64,000 nt of DNA from Proteromonas lacertae (Eukaryota): assembly GCA_002245135.1 (NCBI GenBank), contig NGBS01000313.1, forward strand, positions 1 to 64,000. The letters are read 5' to 3'. Shown in pieces: positions 57,221-64,000 of the stretch. Numbering within the stretch: the stretch's first letter is position 1; every line of letters begins with the position of its first letter. The notes under the pieces are model-generated. The model was not told the origin of the DNA and did not search any database. It saw only the letters and a program-made list of their open reading frames with translations. The position numbers and the translations under genes were made by a program.

Positions 57221-58807
57221 CTAATTATTTTTATCTTGAATATTACCATACAATACATTCAAATCATCATATTCCTTCATACCTTCGCTATTCAAACTTG
57301 GTTTCACCGATTTAAACGCATTTATCACATCTTCATAATTAATAGGCCTTAAATCAGATAAGCTTATCGTTTCCAAATTACTTTTTTCTCTGATTGGACC
57401 TAAGGATGCATCTGTACACAAACTATAAATATCAGCACAAGAATATCCTTCTGTCTTATCACTCAACATATCATATTCATTCTCACTAATCATACTATCA
57501 TTCTCATTCAATAATTTATTCAATAAATACTTCCTAGCCACCTTATCAGGTAATGGAATATACAATTTCTTCACAAACCTTCTCAAAACAGCATCATCTA
57601 AATCCTGGGGTCGATTTGTTGCACCAATTAACAAAACTTTACAATCATCACTATCACTTCTTACACCATCCAATTGAACCAAAAATTCAGTTTTAATCCT
57701 TCTAGTAGCTTCCATATCTTTATCATTTCTCTTCGTCAATAACGAATCAATTTCATCAATAAATATAACACTTGGTGATTTCAATGCAGCAACTGCAAAT
57801 AAAGTTTTTACCATCTTCTCACCATCTCCAATCCATTTACTTGTTAAAGCTGAAGATGATATTGAATAAAAAGTTGCACCACATTCATGTGCAATTGCTT
57901 TTCCAATCAATGTCTTCCCTGTACCAGGAGGTCCAAATAATAATATTCCTTTTGGTGGTTTTCTTAATCCTGTGAATAAATCTGGTCGTTTAGATGGTAA
58001 TATAATCACTTCATTAATACATTTCTTTGCATTTTCTAATCCTGCTATATCATCCCAAGTAGTTGGTTTTTGATCATTAATTACCTCATTTTGTATAGTT
58101 TCTGCCATCTTTATATCGACGTTTCTTTGTTTTAATATTTCTTCTTCTTCTTCTGTGAATATTCCTTCAGGTTGACTTTCATTATTATTGTCTTTATTAT
58201 TATTTGAATTGTTTCTTAACATTCTTCTACCACCTAAACACTTACCTCTACCTGTATATCCATTATTATTGCTATTATATGAACTATTATTATTACTACT
58301 TTCTTCTATATTATCATTATTATTGCTATTTCCATTTCTATTATTCTTTTTGTTGATTAGATATTGTTTTTTGGCTGATATGAATGAACCAGTGTTTTCT
58401 AGTTTTCGTTTAGTGGATGGTGAATTATCTGATTGACTGTCTGATGGTGAATTAGTGTTTTTAGAAGATAAGGAGTTTATAAAGAGTTGTTGCGATGATT
58501 TTGAGAGTGGTTTTAGTTTTGTTGGTAAAAATGGATGTGGATTGTTAATAAATGAGTATAAAAGCATTTGATTTTCAAAATCTGGAGGTAGAGCTAGCTC
58601 TTGTGAAGGATTTTTATTATTTATAAATAACGGAGAGTTAATTATTTCTATAAGGTATATTAAATATACAATACTATTAGTTAGATGTGATATTGAAGAG
58701 CAAGATGATGTATTTAGCAAAATAGGTAAAGCATTCGTTTGGTTGACTTGAGAAAGGGTTTTAATGAATTGTATTATTTCTTTCTTTCGATTTTCTTGAT
58801 CTGACAT
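57221..58807 (-). CDS. FIGNL1: Fidgetin-like AAA ATPase
   Basis: WDDIAGL, GPPGTGKT, LTSKWIGDGEKMV, FIDEIDSLL, RRIKTEFLVQLDG, GATNRPQDLD. Confidence 0.88.
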   Translation of the reverse strand: MSDQENRKKEIIQFIKTLSQVNQTNALPILLNTSSCSSISHLTNSIVYLIYLIEIINSPLFINNKNPSQELALPPDFENQMLLYSFINNPHPFLPTKLKPLSKSSQQLFINSLSSKNTNSPSDSQSDNSPSTKRKLENTGSFISAKKQYLINKKNNRNGNSNNNDNIEESSNNNSSYNSNNNGYTGRGKCLGGRRMLRNNSNNNKDNNNESQPEGIFTEEEEEILKQRNVDIKMAETIQNEVINDQKPTTWDDIAGLENAKKCINEVIILPSKRPDLFTGLRKPPKGILLFGPPGTGKTLIGKAIAHECGATFYSISSSALTSKWIGDGEKMVKTLFAVAALKSPSVIFIDEIDSLLTKRNDKDMEATRRIKTEFLVQLDGVRSDSDDCKVLLIGATNRPQDLDDAVLRRFVKKLYIPLPDKVARKYLLNKLLNENDSMISENEYDMLSDKTEGYSCADIYSLCTDASLGPIREKSNLETISLSDLRPINYEDVINAFKSVKPSLNSEGMKEYDDLNVLYGNIQDKNN

Positions 58808-58929
58808 ACTAATTATATAATGTGATTTAAATAACACACTTTGGCGGTCTTTTAAATTATGTTTCAAAAATAAACTCGTTTTAAAATATAGCCGTTTTTA
58901 TTATTCAATTTTAATTTTTGCTTTTTTAT

Positions 58930-60429
58930 ATGGGAATAAGGGAATATTTATTGATAGCAATATGTTTAATACTATATTTCAACTTGTCAGTTATACGAGT
59001 GCAGTTTAGTCCAACAGAAGCTGTAACAAATCCTCCAGTTAAGAGTTTAAGTGTCCCAATAGGTAGTTTTCCTGTTATACTTGAGAGATTAAAAAAGATG
59101 GCAGTTTCTGGGACAGTTATTATTTCTTTTTTGATAGTCTTATCTGGCAAGAGTTTTTATATTTCTACATCCATTCCATCAAATCTAATAAGATCACTAA
59201 CTTTATGGCATTTTCATATGATAGACCTGGTGTAGATTTATGTTTAGAAAACAATTTCGAGTGTGACTTATGTTTCACAAACCGAACAGTCAAATCAATA
59301 AACGACAATACCTACCAATCAACAGGATTTTTGGAAAGAATGTTTATAAGAAATGAAGTAATTTGGGAATTATTAAAAGCTGGAATGGGTTTAATAGTGA
59401 CAGATGTAGATATATTATACTTGAAGAATCCAGTAGAATATATAATATCAGGAACACATGATATAGCTACATCTCGTAACAAAAGAACAGGTGAATTAAA
59501 TGGAGGATTTTTGTATAAATATATAATAATAAAATGAAATTTAATATAAATAGTTTCTTAAGAAATAGTCCCAATGCTCTTCGTTTATTTGAACGTATAA
59601 TGTCACTTCATCCTGAATATCCAAAAGATAATGATCAAGACCTTCTAAATCGTGCAGTGAAAGAAGCCAAATCTTATGCTGATATAAAGAAACTACCAGG
59701 TAGACAATTTTGGAATGGTTTAGAATTCTTTGAATATCAACACATATTCTTTGCTGAACAGTTTGAATGTAATGATTGTTATACAATTCACAATAATTGG
59801 TTATTAGGATTTGAAGCTAAAGAATATAGATTAAAAGAATTGCATTTATATAAGTTTGATTATGATGGTTATTATTCATCTGAAAATAATAATTATTTAT
59901 CAGTTGATTATGATGAACAAGAGCGAAATTTAGAGTATAAATATATAAGAATATATATTGAAATAGAAATGATAAAATGACATTAATGTTGGGTTTATAT
60001 TTAGCTAATATATCAAATCGTATAATGATATTACCTAGATTGAAATGTTATAATGTAAAACGAAAGAATAATCCAATATGTAATAGTGGTGAAACTGAAT
60101 GTAATATGTTAGTTCATTGGAATATAAAGAGATTCAATTCAGTATTTAAATCAAAATATAGAGAATCAGTATATTATATCATATTTGTTATGAATTAGAC
60201 ATTTTTAACTCATCCATTTACTTCAACAAAAGTGAAAAATGATATAATTCCACTATTAGTCGATAATTCAAAAGAAATAAAAGCATTAGAGAATGATCAT
60301 AAAGTATATAAAGTTCATTTTTCTAAATTATCATTGGAATTTATACCTGAATATTTTGTGAAAACATTGGAATATAGTTTATGGAAAGATAATTACAGAC
60401 AAATGACTCACATGAAGAAAATTAATTAA
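58930..60429 (+). CDS. Nucleotide-diphospho-sugar transferase (GT77-like) type II membrane protein
   Basis: TM anchor, TDVDILYLKNP, NGGFL, NDQDLLN, HNNW, K.YRLKE. Confidence 0.8.
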
Positions 60430-60698
60430 ACAAGATATTTATTTATTTATTATTATGTTAATTTTTAGTAAGAAATGTAAAAATAGTAGAATTCTTCAAT
60501 AATACTATTTTCATATATATCACGCAATAAGATAGATATTCTAATTATATCAACCTCCATCTCTTTTTAGATCAATAGAAAACTAAACATCAAAAATTAT
60601 TCAAATTCTGTCATTTGATTGGCTAAATTAGGCTTGACTTGATTTGATTTAAAATTTATAATCCTTAATATCTCGCTTAATAGTCTTTAAACAATTAT

Positions 60699-63600
60699 AT
60701 GGATGAAAGTATAAGTAGAAGTAAAGCTAAAGGTGCAAGTAGAGGTGTATGTAGAGATGTAGTTGAAGGTGGGTTTAATACTCACTCAAATGAGCAAATT
60801 GATGAATTAGATGTAGAGAAAAGAAAAGTTTGTCCTATTGGTAAAATATATAATAAAACAAAAACAAGTACATTTACAGTTGGATGTATATATCCACGTT
60901 ATAATGTATTTGAAAGTGGATTTACATATGGAAGAGGATTTGTTAATGATAATTCTAATGTTGTAGGGAAAAAAGATAGTTTTGTAGAGATCTTTAACAA
61001 AATGAAACTTATAAGCATAATAGATGGAGATGAGATTGAGGAAGATGGAAAAGAGAGAAAAAATAGTAAATATTTAGATTTTTCAGATGCTGAAGTTGAT
61101 GTATTTCAATTTCCCAAAAAGAAAATTTACATAAGAAAGTATTATGAAATAATGTATAAATATTTAAAAATCATCATTTACTCGAAAGATAAGAGCAAAA
61201 CTGTTATAACAGGTCAACCTGGTATTGGTAAGACCTCGTTTATTTATTATTTACTATACAAATTAAAGAATAATGATGATTGGAAGGTAAAATACAAAGG
61301 TGGTGTATATGTTGTTAAAAACAAGAAATACGGTTTTAATGATGAAACAAAAGTATATAAATTAGAAAATGATGTAAATGATGGTTATAATCTTACTCTA
61401 TGTGACAACACTGAAATAAAAAATTCAATAATAATAGTCGATACTTGTAACCTTGATTTTGAAAGTGATAATAAAGTTATCTCTATTAGTTCTCCAGATT
61501 ATAAAAATCATAGTAAGTATGACAGTGCTACTAAATTATATTTTCCATCATTAGAATTTGAGGAAGTTCAAAAATGGTTTAAGAATTGTATTAATAATGA
61601 TGAAGATGTTGAAAGTGAAGATTTTAAAGATGTTTGTGAAAGATATGGAAATATTCCCAGATTAATATACTTCCATTATTTATATAATAAGAATTATGGA
61701 AGAGATTATTGGAGTTATTATGAAAAATTAATAGATAGTGTAGTAGGTTCAATTGGATATAATAATTTCTTAGAAAATTATATGAAAAGAGATTATTTAA
61801 TATTAGAAGAACAAGATTTATTAAATATCATATTAAAATATGATTTTGAAGAAGTGGATGATATTTTTTTAGAAGATAAAATATATGAACCAAAAGCACA
61901 ATTAATATTTATATCAGACTATGTTAGAGATTATATTTTTTATAATTTTTATCCTCCTAAAAATGATGATGAATATAATATCCTAATTACTAAATATAAT
62001 TCGATGGAAGATGATGATAGGATGAAGAAAATAGCATTAAAGCAAATTATAGCATACAATTTAGCTAAAGGAAATATTACAATAAACAAAATAGATAAAT
62101 ATTTTCAATTTAACTCAATGATAAAAAAGTCAATATATCATCCAGAAGGTGCAAAGAATTTTCTTTATTTTATATTGGATAAAAATAATTATTTTGATTT
62201 TATTATGAATGGAGTATTTATAAAAATGCAATTCAACAATGAATCGGTGGATGTGAATGATAATGAAACTAAAAGAAAAATGGTAGAATCAGTAAAAGTA
62301 TTAACAATTTATATAATATATATAATATAATAGGAATATAATGAAAGTGAAAACTACAATTTTGTTTATTGTTTATTAAATGAAAAAGGAGAAGATATTA
62401 CTCCAAATACTGTAGAAGAAGAAGATCAAACTAATATTGATTATCATAAAATGACAGTACGCCAATTAAGAGATATCTTGTCAGAGATAGGATTACCTAG
62501 ATATGGAAAGAAGGAAAATTTAATTGAAAGATTGGAAAATGCACAAAAGAATCCATCATCGATAGAAGAAAATAAAGAAGCAGCAAAAGCAAAAAAAGGT
62601 AATAATAATAATGAAGAAGAAATGGATGGTGATTACAATATCTTAACAGATATTGAATTAAAGAGAATATTATCAATGAATGGATTAAGTACAGAAGGAA
62701 ATAAGACTGAATTAATAGAACGATTAAATACACAATTTCCACCTTTATGTAGGATATCAAAACCAGAAGAAATGAAAGTATTTGCAGAGTATAAAAATGA
62801 AATCTATTTAATGAGAGATTGTTATTACAAAATATTGGATCATATATGTCCTATTGATGTAAAATATCCATGCCAAAAGAACTACTTAATATTTGGTCAT
62901 GAAAAAATTGGTAAGACGATCTTTGCAAAAGTTATAGAAGAACATATAATACAACATTGTCATCAACACAATCAAGATATTGAAATAGAATGTATAAGTG
63001 ATTCTACAATTCAAGGTGCAAAATTTCATAATTATATAAATGTTAAACCATATATTGTAATTTCTGATGGAGAAGTAATTGGAGAAGATGATTATGCTGA
63101 TGCAAAAATGATAATATTAATAGCTGATCCAACTGATGAAAAGTATATGACATTTCAGAATAAACGCTGTCCACTTGTGATGTATATACCTCCATTTACA
63201 AAAGAAGAAGTGGAAAAAGTGATAATTTTGAAACATCCAAGATATCATTTATATGAAGATTTCCCCAATTATTTCCTGAATAAAAATGATTTAGATTTAC
63301 ATGTAATGAAAATGGCAATTGCTGAAATATATTCAAATGAAAAACCTGTTATAAACAATATAAATTCATTCTTAGAAGTTCATATGAATGAAGTAAATTC
63401 ATTCATTCAACAGAAAATAAGAGATGAAAGGTTGATTCATTCATATAATGAAAATAAAATAAATTCCAGAAGAAACTATGAATATTATGGTGGTGTAATA
63501 GGAAATAGAGAAAATAATAAGACAATAATAGACAATGAATTAAAAAGTATTAGAAATATAGATGAAATGATTAAAGGAATTAATATATCTTCAATGTCGA

Positions 63601-63764
63601 AAGTGAAATATGATGATATATTAATCTATGAAACATTTGAAGATGATGTTACTAAATCCAATCATCTAAAATTTATATCTGAAAGAATAAAAGAAATGTC
63701 AAAAGACTTATTCAAAATGAAATCGAAAGAAAAATGTAAAGAAATGATAGATTTATTGTTTTGA
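60699..63764 (+). CDS. Crinkler/RHS-like protein: P-loop NTPase, possible degenerate REase, two SAP domains, second degenerate NTPase; intron 62298-62333
   Basis: IYIRKYY..GQPGIGKT..SSPD..YFP; SAP-like MTVRQLRDILSEIGLPRYGKKENLIERL and LTDIELKRILSMNGLSTEGNKTELIERL; second module MRDCY..GHEKIGKT..MYIPPFTKEE; the 36-nt intron joins both ORFs in frame. Confidence 0.7.
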
Positions 63765-63914
63765 AATTTAATTTGAAGTTTGGTGTGATGTAGATAAATA
63801 TATATTTTTTGGTTAATAAAAATCAACCATACTTCATTTAATAACAATGTATCACATAATATCTTTGCATACACTAATAAGACTATGAAATGTTCTTAAA
63901 GTATATGTGAAAAC

Positions 63915-64000
63915 CATTGGAATATAGTTTATGGAAAGATAATTACAGACAAATGACTCACATGAAGAAAATTAATTAAACAAGATATTTATTTATTTAT
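63915..64000 (+). repeat. Exact direct repeat of 60365-60450, running off the window end
   Basis: 86 identical bases CATTGGAATATAG...ATTTATTTAT at both places. Confidence 0.95.

Overview
Gene-dense, very AT-rich eukaryotic DNA with many tiny GT-AG introns (about 22-45 nt), short intergenic gaps and poly-Q/poly-N tracts. The gene set (CDPK, NDUFB7, EGF/tenascin-like protein, BTB family) fits a stramenopile protist, possibly Blastocystis/Opalinata-like; this assignment is inference only. About 30 protein-coding genes can be reconstructed. Main highlights: (1) two complete DNA transposons with TIRs, TSDs and intact intron-bearing transposases, a pogo/Tigger element (7082-9475) and a hAT element (43768-46514), each inserted in the sense orientation into a host coding exon; (2) the hAT ends carry GT/AG dinucleotides that would allow in-frame splicing out; (3) a trifunctional purine enzyme in the order GARS-GART-AIRS; (4) a Crinkler/RHS-like gene with two P-loop NTPase modules and two SAP domains, bracketed by a direct repeat; (5) an unannotated small CaaX protein; (6) many single-base frameshifts, most likely long-read consensus errors. 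Exon boundaries were read by eye and are approximate unless stated.
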